Assembly (NCBI GenBank): GCA_035285545.1
Contig: JAYKGY010000087.1
Coordinates: forward strand, 1 to 41,612
DNA length: 41,612 nucleotides
Direction of reading: 5' to 3'
Origin: Snowella sp.
Lineage (GTDB): Bacteria > Cyanobacteriota > Cyanobacteriia > Cyanobacteriales > Microcystaceae
Shown here: one piece after another, positions 18,895-29,974 of the stretch
Position numbering within the stretch: the stretch's first letter is position 1
How the letters are laid out: each line of letters begins with the position of its first letter
The notes under the pieces: model-generated
What the model was told of the DNA's origin: nothing
The model's input: the letters and a program-made list of their open reading frames with translations, nothing else
Database searches by the model: none
Program-made: the position numbers and the translations under genes

Positions 18895-19598
18895 ACATTG
18901 ACATGACCTTTTTGTTTGAACTCATAAAAGCGACAGGCCATTTGTCCTAAACCATACAAAATAGTGGCATTTCCCGCAGTCCCAACGGCTGCCCCGACGA
19001 TAGGGATTCCTTCAACGATACTCAACCCCGATTTCACTACACCAGAGCTACCCATTGAGAGTCCCCAAAGGGCTAAGACTTCTCCCCGTCGAGCCGGATC
19101 GGTTGGTGAAAAGCCATAGATAGCCGCAATACGATAGATCATTTCTGCTTGCAAAGCCGCGATCGCGCCCAGATCGACCGCTAAAAGGGTTAAGGCCAAA
19201 GGCGGAATAATATTAGTGACCAGACCAATTCCCGCCGCTTTCAAAGTAGTATCGGCAATGACCCGTTGGGCTAATTCTTGTTGGGTTTCACGGGGATAAT
19301 CTCGTCGTAATACGTCAATCTCTTGCTGTACCGCGTCCATGTTGACCTGACCGAGGGCTGCCATCACCCAGCTTAATCCAGGAAGTTTGGTGGCGAATTG
19401 AATAGCCGGATGGGTCGCGATCGGTGTTACCGCATCCCCCAATTTTTCTGTTCCTTCATGTAATAGGGTATAAAATGTGGAATTTAGGGTATCTTCTGCC
19501 ATGCTAGAGGCATTTTTCATGGTATTTGAAAATATCTGGGAACTTTTCTCGGTAAATGCTAAAAAATCTTGAAAAACGCGATCATTTGAAGTAGCCAT
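18891..19598 (-). CDS. EcsC/DUF697-like protein
   Basis: LQAEMIYRIAAIYGF....R.GEVL and IPIVGAAVG motifs; convergent stop overlap with the U32 gene. Confidence 0.7.
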   Translation of the reverse strand: MATSNDRVFQDFLAFTEKSSQIFSNTMKNASSMAEDTLNSTFYTLLHEGTEKLGDAVTPIATHPAIQFATKLPGLSWVMAALGQVNMDAVQQEIDVLRRDYPRETQQELAQRVIADTTLKAAGIGLVTNIIPPLALTLLAVDLGAIAALQAEMIYRIAAIYGFSPTDPARRGEVLALWGLSMGSSGVVKSGLSIVEGIPIVGAAVGTAGNATILYGLGQMACRFYEFKQKGHVNV

Positions 19599-19796
19599 AG
19601 CAAAGAGAAGCAAGATCTAAACGATAGGATTATTTTGTACTTTAAGAAATCACACACAAATCAGCCATCTGCCTAAAGGAATTAGAATCGACGATTAGAA
19701 GTTCACTGAGGCAGTCAAAACTTGCTATAGTTAAGCTGATTATTTCCAAAAAAATCAGCCAACTGCTATCGATTACCGATTAAAGGATACCGAAAG

Positions 19797-20759
19797 ATGC
19801 GAATCTTAGCTCTTGTTCCTGGGGGAATTGGCGATCAACTGCTCTTTTTTCCCACCCTCGAAAGCCTCAAAAGTCAATATCCCAAAGCGGCGATCGATGT
19901 GATCGTAGAACCTCGCGCTAAATCAGCCTATCGAGTTTGTTCCTCCGTCAATGAAGTTCTGGTGTTCGATTTTAAAGACCGTAATGGATTGGCTGACTAT
20001 CTCAACCTTTTGGGAATTATCCGCGATCGCGAATATGACGTAGCTTTGAGCTTAGGACGAAATTGGGCAACGGAACTGATGCTTTGGCTCAATGGCATTC
20101 CCAAGCGTGTCGGTTATAAAACGAATCAATCCTACTTTCTTTCTGATACCGTCCCCCTCAATCTCAATCAATACACAGCCGCTCTCAACCATGATTTGGT
20201 CAAAGGGTTTGAGATTCAAACGCCCTGCCCCCCCCTCAAAATTGCGGTTCCTAAAGAAGATATTCAATGGGCAGAGAATGAACAAAATCGCTTGGATTTA
20301 AAAGAAAATGGCTATATTGTCATTCATGGTGGATCAAGCCGCTTCTCCCGTCTCAAAGGCATCAATAAAATCTATCCTATTAAACAGTGGGCAAAAGTTA
20401 TTGACGATATTCAGCAAAAACAACCCAATTTAGCGATCGCCTTATTACAAGGCCCCGACGATGCCGATTGGGTCGGACAAATGCGAGTAAATCACCCCAA
20501 TTTAAAAATTGTGACTCCTGGTGATATTGGGAAACTGGCTGCCCTTATTGCTGGAGCAAACTTAATGCTCTGTACTGATAGCGCACCCTTGCAATTATCC
20601 GTTGCGGTGGGAACCTATACCATTGCCCTTTTTGGCCCGACGGAAGCCCGTAAATCCTTACCGCCGAATCAAACCCGCTTTATTGGGATTCAATCCCCGA
20701 CTCAAGATATGGCTGCCATTAAGCCTGAAACAATATTGGAACAGGTTTGGCGTAGCTAA
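19797..20759 (+). CDS. Glycosyltransferase family 9 (heptosyltransferase-like)
   Basis: GGIGDQLLFFP, IHGG, CTDSAP.QL.VAVGT.TIALFGPT motifs. Confidence 0.9.
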   Translation: MRILALVPGGIGDQLLFFPTLESLKSQYPKAAIDVIVEPRAKSAYRVCSSVNEVLVFDFKDRNGLADYLNLLGIIRDREYDVALSLGRNWATELMLWLNGIPKRVGYKTNQSYFLSDTVPLNLNQYTAALNHDLVKGFEIQTPCPPLKIAVPKEDIQWAENEQNRLDLKENGYIVIHGGSSRFSRLKGINKIYPIKQWAKVIDDIQQKQPNLAIALLQGPDDADWVGQMRVNHPNLKIVTPGDIGKLAALIAGANLMLCTDSAPLQLSVAVGTYTIALFGPTEARKSLPPNQTRFIGIQSPTQDMAAIKPETILEQVWRS

Positions 20760-21307
20760 CGATGACCCTGGTGTCTATCGATAAAATGCAATACTAGATA
20801 CAGTATTTACAGGGACTATAGAGTAAATTCTATTCAAGATCGGGAATAGTAACAACTTTACGCCTTTTTTCAGTCATTACTGAACAAAAACCTAGTTTAT
20901 TTTAATCAGTCAAACCTAAATTTAACAAACAATCAGATTAGTCGCGTTTTTTGAATCTATCAAAAAAATTAACCCAGTTCTTATTCTGTATTCTTGCTGA
21001 GAATCCACTTTTCAAACCTGATTGTTTAGTGATTTTTTTTAAAAAAACTAATTACTAAATTAATCCTAATCATTTAATCCCTATTTTCAATTATTTACAT
21101 TAAGTAAATCGATTATATGGCGATTTTTTCTCCGTAGATTCCTGATTCTAGAAAGTTTAGGTTTGGATATTTTTGAATTTTTGTTTAATTTTATCTAATT
21201 TAAATTGTCCTTGAATCTAGCTTAAGCTTTGATTGTAAATTCTATTTTCGAGATTGTTTGACTCAGTAAATTAAATTTATCATTACCTATTGTATTCTTC
21301 TTTGACT

Positions 21308-23893
21308 ATGACATCAGCTTTTCAGGATGTTAATTTGGTTTCTTCTTGGTTAGAAGACGGCACGAATCCAGTCTTATCTGATGTAATGCTATCGGAAATG
21401 TATCGGCTTTCTACTTTAATTAATAACTTGCCGGGTATCGCCTATCGCTGTAATAGCGATCGCCAATTAACCATTGAATTTGTCAGTGAAGGAAGCTTGG
21501 ATTTAATGGGTTATCATCCCGCCGAGTTGATGGGGCAATCCCGCCAAAAATACCAAAATTGTGTCCATAGCGATGATCGAGATTGGTTAGCTGCTCAACT
21601 GCAAACTGCACTGGAAGAACGGCAATCCTACACCTTGGAATATCGCCTCTTTGACAAAGCGGGTCAACAAAAATGGGTCTGGGAAAAAGGGCGAGGAATT
21701 TATGCGCCTTCAGGAGAATTATTATTTATTGAAGGATTTATTATCGATATCAGCGATCGCCGAGAAATCGAATTTGCAGCCAAAGAAAGCCAACGACAAT
21801 TAGATAGTTTAATCAATGCAATTCCGGGCATCTTTTTTCGCACGAGTAGTCAGGCGGATCTATCCATGATCTATATCAGTGCGGGATGTGAACAACTCAC
21901 GGGTTACACGACCCAAGAAATCCTTCAGGATCGAAGTTCTAGTTTTAATAGCCTTACCCATCCCCAGGATTTACCCCAGGTTTTGGCCAAATTAGAAGAA
22001 GTCAGCCATAAACCGAGTTCTTATGTGTTGGAATACCGAATTATTACCAAATATGGTCAGAAAAAATATGTTTGGGAAAAAGGCCACAGTATTTTTGATG
22101 AGCAAGGCACCTTTTTAGGAATTGAAGGGTTTATTAGTGATATTAGTGAACTTAAACGCATTGAAAAAGCATTAAGGGTCTCTGAAGAAAAATATCGTAG
22201 TATCTTTGAAAATTCCTTAGATGGGATCTTCCAAACCACCCCTGATGGGCATTATTTAAGTGCGAATCCTGCTCTTGCCAAAATCTATGGCTATGATTCC
22301 CCTGAAGAGTTGATGCGATCGCTGACCGATATTGAACATCAATTGTATTTAGTGGCTGAACGTCGTGCCGAGTTCGTTCGGCTTTTACAAGAAAACGATT
22401 TTGTTGCGAATTTTCAATCCCAAATTTACCGCAAAGACGGAAAAATTATTTGGATATCAGAAAATGCTAGGGCCGTCCGCAATGACAGGGGAGAACTACT
22501 GTACTACGAAGGAACCGTTGAGGATATTAGTGAATATAAGCAAGCTAAAGAGCAATTGAAGTGGAAAGCGTTTTATGATTCGCTTACGGGTTTACCGAAT
22601 CGGGCCATGTTTATGGAACATCTCGGTAATTTGTTATCCTATGCCCAACAACATGAACGAAGTTTTGCCCTGTTTTTTCTCGATTTAGACCGCTTTAAAT
22701 TAGTCAACGATAGTTTAGGGCATTTAGTCGGCGATGAATTATTGGTGGCGATCGCGCAACGATTACAACAGTGTCTCCGAGAAAATGATCTCGTGGCTCG
22801 TTTAGGCGGTGATGAATTTATTATTTTATTGCCTGATATTCATTCCCTCGAACAGGCGACTCATGTTGCCGAACGAATCAAAGGCTCTTTTCGTTCTCCT
22901 TTTCAACTGAAACAACATCAAGTCTTTGCAGGGGTCAGCATTGGTATTCTGTTAATCGATCAAATGGTTGACCCTAACCTCACCGCTGAAGATTTGCTAC
23001 GGGATGCGGATACGGCCCTTTATCAAGCTAAAAATGTCAGTAAGGGGGATTATCAAGTATTTACCCCCGCCATGCATCAAAAGGCAGTTACCTTACTCCA
23101 ATGGGAAACCGATCTCAAGCAAGCGATCGCCTATCAGCAATTTCAATTGTATTATCAACCGATTGTTGTGTTAGAAACGGGGCATCTATCGGGATTTGAA
23201 GTCCTATTGCGGTGGCAACACCCAGAGCATGGGCTAATTACTCCCAGTGAATTTATTGGCATTGCCGAAGATACCGGATTAATTGTTCCCATTGGTGATT
23301 GGATCTTAGAAACCGCTTGTCAACAGTTAGTTGAATGGCAAAAAGTTGCGATTGAAGATTACAAGAATTTAACGATTAGTATTAACTTATCGGTTAAACA
23401 ATTACAAATTCCTGGTTTAGTGGAAAAAATTGATAGCATCTTAGTCCAGACAGGATTAGCGGGCCAATATTTGCGATTAGAAATCACTGAAACCTGTTAC
23501 CTCAACGACGAAGCCTCGATCAAAAAAACCTTACAAAAACTCCGCGATCGCCACATTAAAATTTGTATTGATGATTTTGGAAAAGGCTATTCGAGCTTAA
23601 GCTATTTACATCAATTTCCCATCGATATTTTAAAAATTGATAGTTGTTTTGTTGGTGAAATTAATCAAGATTCTCCCCAAGGAAAAATTGCACGGGCGAT
23701 GTTCCGATTAGCTCAAGATCTAGGATTAGAACCGATCGCCGAAGGGGTAGAAACCGCTCAACAAATTCAAGACCTGCTTCAATTAGATTGCTGCTTAGGA
23801 CAGGGCTATTATTTCTCCCATCCCCTCCCAACGGACGCGATCGCCATCTTGTTACACAAAAAAAATGATTTCTTTCCCAAAACCTTGAGTTAA
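21308..23893 (+). CDS. PAS-PAS-PAS-GGDEF-EAL diguanylate cyclase/phosphodiesterase
   Basis: Three PAS/PAC segments (..KWVWEKG, KYVWEKG, IWISENA), DSLTGLPNR, RLGGDEF with RxxD (REND) I-site, EVLLRW and DDFGKGYSSL. Confidence 0.95.
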   Translation: MTSAFQDVNLVSSWLEDGTNPVLSDVMLSEMYRLSTLINNLPGIAYRCNSDRQLTIEFVSEGSLDLMGYHPAELMGQSRQKYQNCVHSDDRDWLAAQLQTALEERQSYTLEYRLFDKAGQQKWVWEKGRGIYAPSGELLFIEGFIIDISDRREIEFAAKESQRQLDSLINAIPGIFFRTSSQADLSMIYISAGCEQLTGYTTQEILQDRSSSFNSLTHPQDLPQVLAKLEEVSHKPSSYVLEYRIITKYGQKKYVWEKGHSIFDEQGTFLGIEGFISDISELKRIEKALRVSEEKYRSIFENSLDGIFQTTPDGHYLSANPALAKIYGYDSPEELMRSLTDIEHQLYLVAERRAEFVRLLQENDFVANFQSQIYRKDGKIIWISENARAVRNDRGELLYYEGTVEDISEYKQAKEQLKWKAFYDSLTGLPNRAMFMEHLGNLLSYAQQHERSFALFFLDLDRFKLVNDSLGHLVGDELLVAIAQRLQQCLRENDLVARLGGDEFIILLPDIHSLEQATHVAERIKGSFRSPFQLKQHQVFAGVSIGILLIDQMVDPNLTAEDLLRDADTALYQAKNVSKGDYQVFTPAMHQKAVTLLQWETDLKQAIAYQQFQLYYQPIVVLETGHLSGFEVLLRWQHPEHGLITPSEFIGIAEDTGLIVPIGDWILETACQQLVEWQKVAIEDYKNLTISINLSVKQLQIPGLVEKIDSILVQTGLAGQYLRLEITETCYLNDEASIKKTLQKLRDRHIKICIDDFGKGYSSLSYLHQFPIDILKIDSCFVGEINQDSPQGKIARAMFRLAQDLGLEPIAEGVETAQQIQDLLQLDCCLGQGYYFSHPLPTDAIAILLHKKNDFFPKTLS

Positions 23894-24098
23894 TTTCAAT
23901 AAAAAAACGTATTGGCATCCTTCCCTAAACATAAAACTTGCAAGGAAAAAATACCGCCTAGATACTAGCGTTCGGGTAGACGAGAATCGCAATCAGGGTT
24001 TGTAGGTCGGGCATGGAGTCTTATTTTATTGTCAATTAATTTAAGCTGAGCCAGCGATCGCTAAACAAGAGAATCACTTAAATTAGATTCCGTCGGAG

Positions 24099-24872
24099 TT
24101 AGAATTGTCGTCTCGCAAAGATCAAATTGGCAAAAGTTAACAACAGAACAATATAAAGAATGCCATATAACAAATTACTGAGTAACTCTGGAGTAGGGGG
24201 TAATATACCATAAACTGCATCATTTTTAAGGTTAAAGCGTTCTAGGTTGGGTAATACTAAATAGAGGGAACGGGTTAATTGTTCAATACTGGGATTTTTA
24301 GTAATTTCTCCGAGCTTCAATAGATCTCGGCTGATATGCCCCATAAAATAAATACCAAAACTAAAAAGCGTCGCCAAAATGGAGCTAGTAAAAACCCCAA
24401 ATAAAATGGCAACGGCAGTTAATAAGGCTAATTCTAAAAATAAAAATGCCTGAGAAATGAGAATACTAGACCAAGAAAAGGGAATTTTAGCCCACAAAAG
24501 CATCATTAAATAAATAGCCGTCATCGTCGCCAACATCACGGCCAGAACGGAAGATAACCCCAAATGTTTACCCACAATAAATTCTGTGCGGCTAATGGGT
24601 TTAGGAATGAGAATTAAAACCGTTTTCTTTTCAATCTCTTTATTAATTAGACCCGTTCCGACGAAAATGGCGACGATCGCGCCCAGCAGGGACATGGCAG
24701 CCAAACCCAAATCCAGAAAAATCTTACCGTCCGCTCCGACAGAAATTTCAGGCAACAACCGTAAGGCTAATGCTAGAATAATGGCAAAAAAGCCGATGAC
24801 ATAGAGAATGCGATCGCGAATAACTTCCCGAAAGACATTGGCAGCGATCGCCCAGATCCGAAAAATATTCAT
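24099..24872 (-). CDS. ABC-2 type transporter permease
   Basis: FREVIRDR, EIEKKT...I.KPISR.EFIVGK and C-terminal FARRQF motifs; about 6 hydrophobic segments. Confidence 0.85.
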   Translation of the reverse strand: MNIFRIWAIAANVFREVIRDRILYVIGFFAIILALALRLLPEISVGADGKIFLDLGLAAMSLLGAIVAIFVGTGLINKEIEKKTVLILIPKPISRTEFIVGKHLGLSSVLAVMLATMTAIYLMMLLWAKIPFSWSSILISQAFLFLELALLTAVAILFGVFTSSILATLFSFGIYFMGHISRDLLKLGEITKNPSIEQLTRSLYLVLPNLERFNLKNDAVYGILPPTPELLSNLLYGILYIVLLLTFANLIFARRQF

Positions 24873-24959
24873 AACGGCTCCAGTCCCAATGGGTATCAAA
24901 AACAACGACCTATTATAATCTGACTCATTAGACGACGAATAGGGTAACTCCCTCAAAAA

Positions 24960-24989
24960 ATTAACCAGAGCTTAACGTCAACTTAACCA
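24960..24989 (+). promoter_or_regulatory. Pho box (SphR binding site) upstream of pstS
   Basis: Three direct repeats with 11-bp period, ATTAACCA-gag-CTTAACGT-caa-CTTAACCA, matching the cyanobacterial PyTTAAPyPy(T/A) consensus. Confidence 0.85.
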
Positions 24990-25108
24990 CCCCTTGGACA
25001 AAACTTATTGTTTTTCCCCTTACTTGCGCGGTGCAGTAAACTCATCAAGAATCGAAAAAAGAATTCAGATTCAAACGTGTTTGCTAAAAGTCAGGGGACT
25101 AATTCAGA

Positions 25109-26122
25109 ATGCTGTTATTTACAAGCAACTTACGACAAGCAGTAACGTTCTCTGTGGTTACTGTGGGTTTGTCCATCGGAGTCGTTAGCCAAGCGAGTGC
25201 TAACTCTTTAAGTGGTGCGGGTGCAACCTTTCCGGCTCCTCTTTATCAACGTTATTTTTCCGAATATAAAAAAGCAACGGGTGTAAGCGTTAACTATAAC
25301 TCTGTCGGTAGTGGAGCAGGGATTAGACAATTTATTGGAGAAACGGTAGATTTTGGCGCAACTGATGCTGCCCCCTCATCCGCTGAAAAAGCACAAATGA
25401 AGCGAGGTGTTGTCTTAGTTCCAACCGCAGGGGGAGCCGTTGCCGTTGTCTATAATCTGCCCGGCGTAAAAGGCTTACAAATTTCCCGTTCAGTCCTTCC
25501 TAAAATTTTTAGTGGAGAAATCACCAACTGGAAACAAGTTGATTCTAAACTACCCAGCAAACCGATCCGAGTGGCGGTTCGGGCCGATGGTAGCGGAACA
25601 ACGGAAATTTTCACCAGCCATTTAAGTGCTATTAGCCCGGCTTTTAAACGCAAAGTTGGTGCAAGCAAAGATCCCAATTGGGGTTTCCAAGTCCTAAAAG
25701 GCCCCAAAAATGATGGTGTTGCCGCTCTGGTTAAGCAAACTGATGGTGCCATTGGTTATGTTCAAGATACCTTTGCCCGCAGAAACGAAGGCCCCACCAT
25801 GCAAACGGCCAGAATTCAAAATAAAGCGGGAAGATTTGTTGAACCCAGTTTAGCCGAAGCGAATAATGCCATTGGTGGCGTAACCTTCAATTCCGACTTC
25901 ACTGCTAACGTGGATGATCCTGCTAAAGGCTATCCCATTGTGGGCATTACCTGGTTATTGGTCTATCAAAACTACAAAGACCCTGCTAAAGCCGCCCAAG
26001 TGAAAAGACTGATTAACTGGATTATGACCTCAGGCCAGTCTCTCAATGCAGGTCTAGAGTTCACCCGAATTCCTGACGCTGTGGCTAAGCGCGTAATTGC
26101 CGCAGTTAACCGAATTAAATAA
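25109..26122 (+). CDS. pstS: Phosphate ABC transporter substrate-binding protein
   Basis: GAGATFPAPLY, GSGAG, DFGATD, RADGSGTT and GYPI motifs. Confidence 0.97.
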   Translation: MLLFTSNLRQAVTFSVVTVGLSIGVVSQASANSLSGAGATFPAPLYQRYFSEYKKATGVSVNYNSVGSGAGIRQFIGETVDFGATDAAPSSAEKAQMKRGVVLVPTAGGAVAVVYNLPGVKGLQISRSVLPKIFSGEITNWKQVDSKLPSKPIRVAVRADGSGTTEIFTSHLSAISPAFKRKVGASKDPNWGFQVLKGPKNDGVAALVKQTDGAIGYVQDTFARRNEGPTMQTARIQNKAGRFVEPSLAEANNAIGGVTFNSDFTANVDDPAKGYPIVGITWLLVYQNYKDPAKAAQVKRLINWIMTSGQSLNAGLEFTRIPDAVAKRVIAAVNRIK

Positions 26123-26207
26123 CCTTCCATTGATCCATTAAATCTCTCGCAAAATAGGGAATTTGGTGGATCAACTTCTTCAATCATCCTATTTATACGG
26201 TAAAACA

Positions 26208-27182
26208 ATGGTTAATCAAGCTTTTTCCCAATCCAATCTTGAGACGGAAAATCTGAATACTTCCCATAATAGCAAGGCTCATCTTTTTGATAATGGGTTT
26301 ACGGGGTTAGTTTGGATTTGTGCCTTATCTATTGTGATTATTTTGGCTTGGATGACTTGGATTGTTTATCATGATGCCGAACCTGCTATTCATAAATTCG
26401 GATTATCCTTTCTGTTTAGTAAGGAATGGTATATCTCTGAAGACAGGTTTGGTGGACTTCCCTATATTTATGGGTCGATTGTCAGTTCTCTTCTTGCTTT
26501 AATTTTTGCGATTCCCTTGGGCTTATCGGTTGCAATTCTAACCAGCGAGGATCTTTTACCGGATTGGGTAAAAACGCCTATCGGGTTCATGGTTGAGCTA
26601 ATTGCTTCTATTCCTAGCGTTATTGTTGGCCTATGGGGGATTTTTGTATTTATTCCAGCCATCAATCCCCTGCAAAAGTGGCTTTTTGCCCATTTGGGGT
26701 GGATACCATTTTTTAGTAGTGAACCCTTTGGCCCTTCGATGTTAATTGCCGGGTTAATTTTAGCTGTGATGATTTTGCCCACGATCGCCGCCATTAGTCG
26801 AGATGTTTTACTGGCGATTCCGCCTCAGTTACGCAGTGCATCAATGGCTTTAGGGGCAACCCGTTGGGAAACGATTTGGCGCGTCATGTTACCGGCAGCG
26901 AGTTCAGGGATTATCGGGGCGATTATTTTGGGGTTAGGTCGGGCCTTGGGAGAAACCATGGCTGTGACGATGGTGATTGGCAATTCCGATATTATTAGCA
27001 TCTCTCTACTGGCTCCAGGCTACACCATTCCTTCCGTGTTAGCGAATCAGTTTGCTGAAGCTGCGGGGTCTCTCCATATTGGCGCATTAATGTATTTATC
27101 TCTCATTCTCTTTGTGATCACTTTAGTCGTTAACAGCATTGCCATTGTCCTCGTTCAATTAATTAATAAAAATCGAACCTAA
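26208..27182 (+). CDS. pstC: Phosphate ABC transporter permease PstC
   Basis: ELIASIPSVIVGLWG, ALGATRWET and GRALGETMAVTMVIGN motifs. Confidence 0.97.
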   Translation: MVNQAFSQSNLETENLNTSHNSKAHLFDNGFTGLVWICALSIVIILAWMTWIVYHDAEPAIHKFGLSFLFSKEWYISEDRFGGLPYIYGSIVSSLLALIFAIPLGLSVAILTSEDLLPDWVKTPIGFMVELIASIPSVIVGLWGIFVFIPAINPLQKWLFAHLGWIPFFSSEPFGPSMLIAGLILAVMILPTIAAISRDVLLAIPPQLRSASMALGATRWETIWRVMLPAASSGIIGAIILGLGRALGETMAVTMVIGNSDIISISLLAPGYTIPSVLANQFAEAAGSLHIGALMYLSLILFVITLVVNSIAIVLVQLINKNRT

Positions 27183-27220
27183 CCTCCATTAATTAATCGG
27201 TAGCGCAACATTTTAGATTT

Positions 27221-28114
27221 ATGAAAAGTGATAACCAGAATCTTTTAGATCAGGAATTGTATCTTCCCCTACCCGTGACCCGTGATTTGTTTGCTAAGGG
27301 CATGACGGTTTTAGCGTTCATTTTAACCGCGATCGCCCTATTACCTTTGTTCTCGATGATCTGGTCGATTATTAGCCAGGGCTTACCAAATTTTTCTTGG
27401 GAAGTCTTTGTCTCGCTGCCGGCTGCTTTGGGAGAAGAAGGGGAACCCAATGGTTTTGCCAATGCGATCGTCGGAACGTTAACCATGGTCGGTTTGGCTG
27501 CTTTGGTGAGTGTGCCCTTTGGGATAATGACAGGCATTTTTTTATCGGAATTTGCCGCGGGTTCCAAGATTGGCAATGCCATCCGTTTCGTCACGATCAT
27601 TTTGAGTAGTGTTCCCTCCGTCATTATTGGGGTGTTTTCCTACGGGGTTTTGGTTATCACGACGAAGCAATTTTCGGCGATCGCGGGGGGATTTGCCCTA
27701 GCGGTGATCATGTTGCCGATTGTGTCATTAACTACTGAAGAAGCGTTAAAACTGGTTCCTGTCCCCTATCGTTTAGGGTCATCCGCTTTAGGTGGAAACC
27801 GCCTCCAAACAACCTTTAAGATTATTTTGCCGACTGCCCTATCGGGAATTATGACAGGGGTTCTCTTAGCCGTTGCGCGGGCTGCGGGGGAAACAGCTCC
27901 TTTGATGTTTACTGCCCTTTTTAGTCAGTTTTGGCAAGAAAGCTTAATGAGTCCAACGCCGTCCCTACCCGTTTTAATCTACACCTACGCCAGTTCTCCC
28001 TTTCCAGAACAAAACGCGATCGCCTGGACAGCCTCATTAGTTTTATTGTTACTGGTTTTAGTGATCAGTTTATCCTCCCGTTCTCTCACCCGTAATCGTT
28101 TAAAATCCCATTAA
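27221..28114 (+). CDS. pstA: Phosphate ABC transporter permease PstA
   Basis: VPSVIIG and [14 protein letters not shown] motifs; operon position. Confidence 0.96.
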   Translation: MKSDNQNLLDQELYLPLPVTRDLFAKGMTVLAFILTAIALLPLFSMIWSIISQGLPNFSWEVFVSLPAALGEEGEPNGFANAIVGTLTMVGLAALVSVPFGIMTGIFLSEFAAGSKIGNAIRFVTIILSSVPSVIIGVFSYGVLVITTKQFSAIAGGFALAVIMLPIVSLTTEEALKLVPVPYRLGSSALGGNRLQTTFKIILPTALSGIMTGVLLAVARAAGETAPLMFTALFSQFWQESLMSPTPSLPVLIYTYASSPFPEQNAIAWTASLVLLLLVLVISLSSRSLTRNRLKSH

Positions 28115-28127
28115 TGCTACATTGTTT

Positions 28128-28955
28128 ATGGTTTCTCCCTCTTTCCCTTCCTCTACTTATTTTAATTCAATGGATATGAATCCCCCTATTCCTGCGATTC
28201 AAGTTACCGGCTTATCTTTCTTTTATGGCACCAAGAAAGTTTTAGAAGGCGTATCGATGCAAATTCCTGAAGGAGAAGTAACCGCGATGATCGGCCCTTC
28301 CGGTTGTGGGAAATCGACCCTACTTAAAGCCCTCAATCGCATTGGAGAACTCGAAGGAGCGGTGACCATTACCGGCAAAGTTGAATTTTTTGGACAAAAT
28401 ATTTACGGCAAAAACGTCAATTTAAATACCCTACGCCGACAAATTGGCATGGTTTTCCAGCGACCGAATCCCTTTCCTGCCAGCATTTACGATAACGTAG
28501 CCTACGGCGTAAGAATTGCTGAACGCAAAAATCGGGCTGAACTAGACGAAATTGTTGAATCGGCCTTAACAGGAGCCGCTCTTTGGAACGAAGTCAAAGA
28601 TATTTTACATAAATCAGCCTTGGGCCTATCCGGGGGGCAACAGCAACGGCTTTGTATTGCCCGTGCCATGGCCGTCAAACCGAAAGTGTTGTTAATGGAT
28701 GAACCCTGTTCTGCGCTTGATCCCATTTCTACCCTGAAAGTAGAAGAATTAATTAAAACCTTACGGGGCAAATTAACGATCGCGATCGTCACCCACAATA
28801 TGCAACAGGCTTCACGGGTATCTGATTACACCGCATTTTTTAACGCCGATGAAAGCCGCATTGGTCAATTAGTCGAATTTGATACCACCGAGAAAATCTT
28901 TACCGATCCCAGCGATGTTCAAACCCGCGATTACGTGGCAGGTCGTTTTGGTTAG
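28128..28955 (+). CDS. pstB: Phosphate ABC transporter ATP-binding protein (start uncertain, 28128 or 28170)
   Basis: [38 protein letters not shown] and THNMQQA motifs. Confidence 0.97.
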   Translation: MVSPSFPSSTYFNSMDMNPPIPAIQVTGLSFFYGTKKVLEGVSMQIPEGEVTAMIGPSGCGKSTLLKALNRIGELEGAVTITGKVEFFGQNIYGKNVNLNTLRRQIGMVFQRPNPFPASIYDNVAYGVRIAERKNRAELDEIVESALTGAALWNEVKDILHKSALGLSGGQQQRLCIARAMAVKPKVLLMDEPCSALDPISTLKVEELIKTLRGKLTIAIVTHNMQQASRVSDYTAFFNADESRIGQLVEFDTTEKIFTDPSDVQTRDYVAGRFG

Positions 28956-29013
28956 GTCGATAGGCGGGGGATTTTACGAAAATTATCGATGATCGGCTTA
29001 TCTGCACCCTTTT

Positions 29014-29841
29014 TTATTCTTCAATAATCGGCTCAATCACTTCCGGTTCCATGATCTGTTGAGGACGAGCCATAACCGCCTTTTCCAATTCGGGAAGGGC
29101 AACCAATTGCCGTTGTTTTTCCCGTACCGCATTCGGCATGAGGATGGGTAACGGTTCTTGTTCATCTAGCCAGTAGGTTGCCACAGGTAAGGTATGCTCT
29201 AAATCTTCCAGTAAGCGCGGAATAATCATCACCGCATGGAGTTCTCCAATCCGTTCAGCCTCCTGCATTCCCGCTTCAATGGCCACCGCCACATTGGCCA
29301 CCGATCCCCGAATAATGGCAGTACACAACCCATCCCCAATGGTTTCATAGGAAGCGAGTTGAACATCAGCCGATTTCAGCATGGCATCCGCCGCTCCCAC
29401 CATCGCAGGAAAACCTCGCGTTTCAATTAACCCAATGGAACGATTACTCAGCCGACTATAGCCCTTTTGTTGTTGGGCAATTTCCACTAAATGACTACCA
29501 ATCGGAAAAACAGCCTCTAGATTGGGCATGGGACGGGCAATGACTAACTTAGAAATGAGTTGGCCAAACTGTTCTGCGGTTTTCGCCCCTTCTTCCACTG
29601 CTAAACGGACATCTGCAATTTTGCCTCGCACGACAGCGGTACAGTGACCACTACCAATCTTTTCATAACCCACTAGGGTCACCTCTGCCGACTTCAACAT
29701 CATGTCAGCCGTCCCCACGATCGCGGGAAAACTCTGTGTCGAAACTAAGCCCAAGGCACTATCACTCGGTTGGTAATAATTTTTTTGAGGGCGAGGTCTG
29801 GGGTTGGGGGTCGTGCGATGGGACAGATTTAATTTCGACAT
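29014..29841 (-). CDS. ccmO: Carboxysome tandem-BMC shell protein CcmO
   Basis: Two BMC domains (ALGLVSTQSFPAIVGTADMMLKS; IGLIETRGFPAMVGAADAMLKS) and LEHTLPVA tail. Confidence 0.92.
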   Translation of the reverse strand: MSKLNLSHRTTPNPRPRPQKNYYQPSDSALGLVSTQSFPAIVGTADMMLKSAEVTLVGYEKIGSGHCTAVVRGKIADVRLAVEEGAKTAEQFGQLISKLVIARPMPNLEAVFPIGSHLVEIAQQQKGYSRLSNRSIGLIETRGFPAMVGAADAMLKSADVQLASYETIGDGLCTAIIRGSVANVAVAIEAGMQEAERIGELHAVMIIPRLLEDLEHTLPVATYWLDEQEPLPILMPNAVREKQRQLVALPELEKAVMARPQQIMEPEVIEPIIEE

Positions 29842-29974
29842 TGAATTGGCCTAATGAGGACAGAGCAAATTCTTAGCATAGTCTCTAGTCTATCGCTCGA
29901 ATCCGTAGTTGCGTAGTACAAATTCTAACGATTTTTGAATCTCCTGTAAAAAATTGGAAAAATTTATCACAGGG

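Noticed and set aside
29014..29841. ccmO outside the ccmKLMN operon
   Set aside because: A satellite ccmO is an established arrangement in Synechocystis-like genomes.
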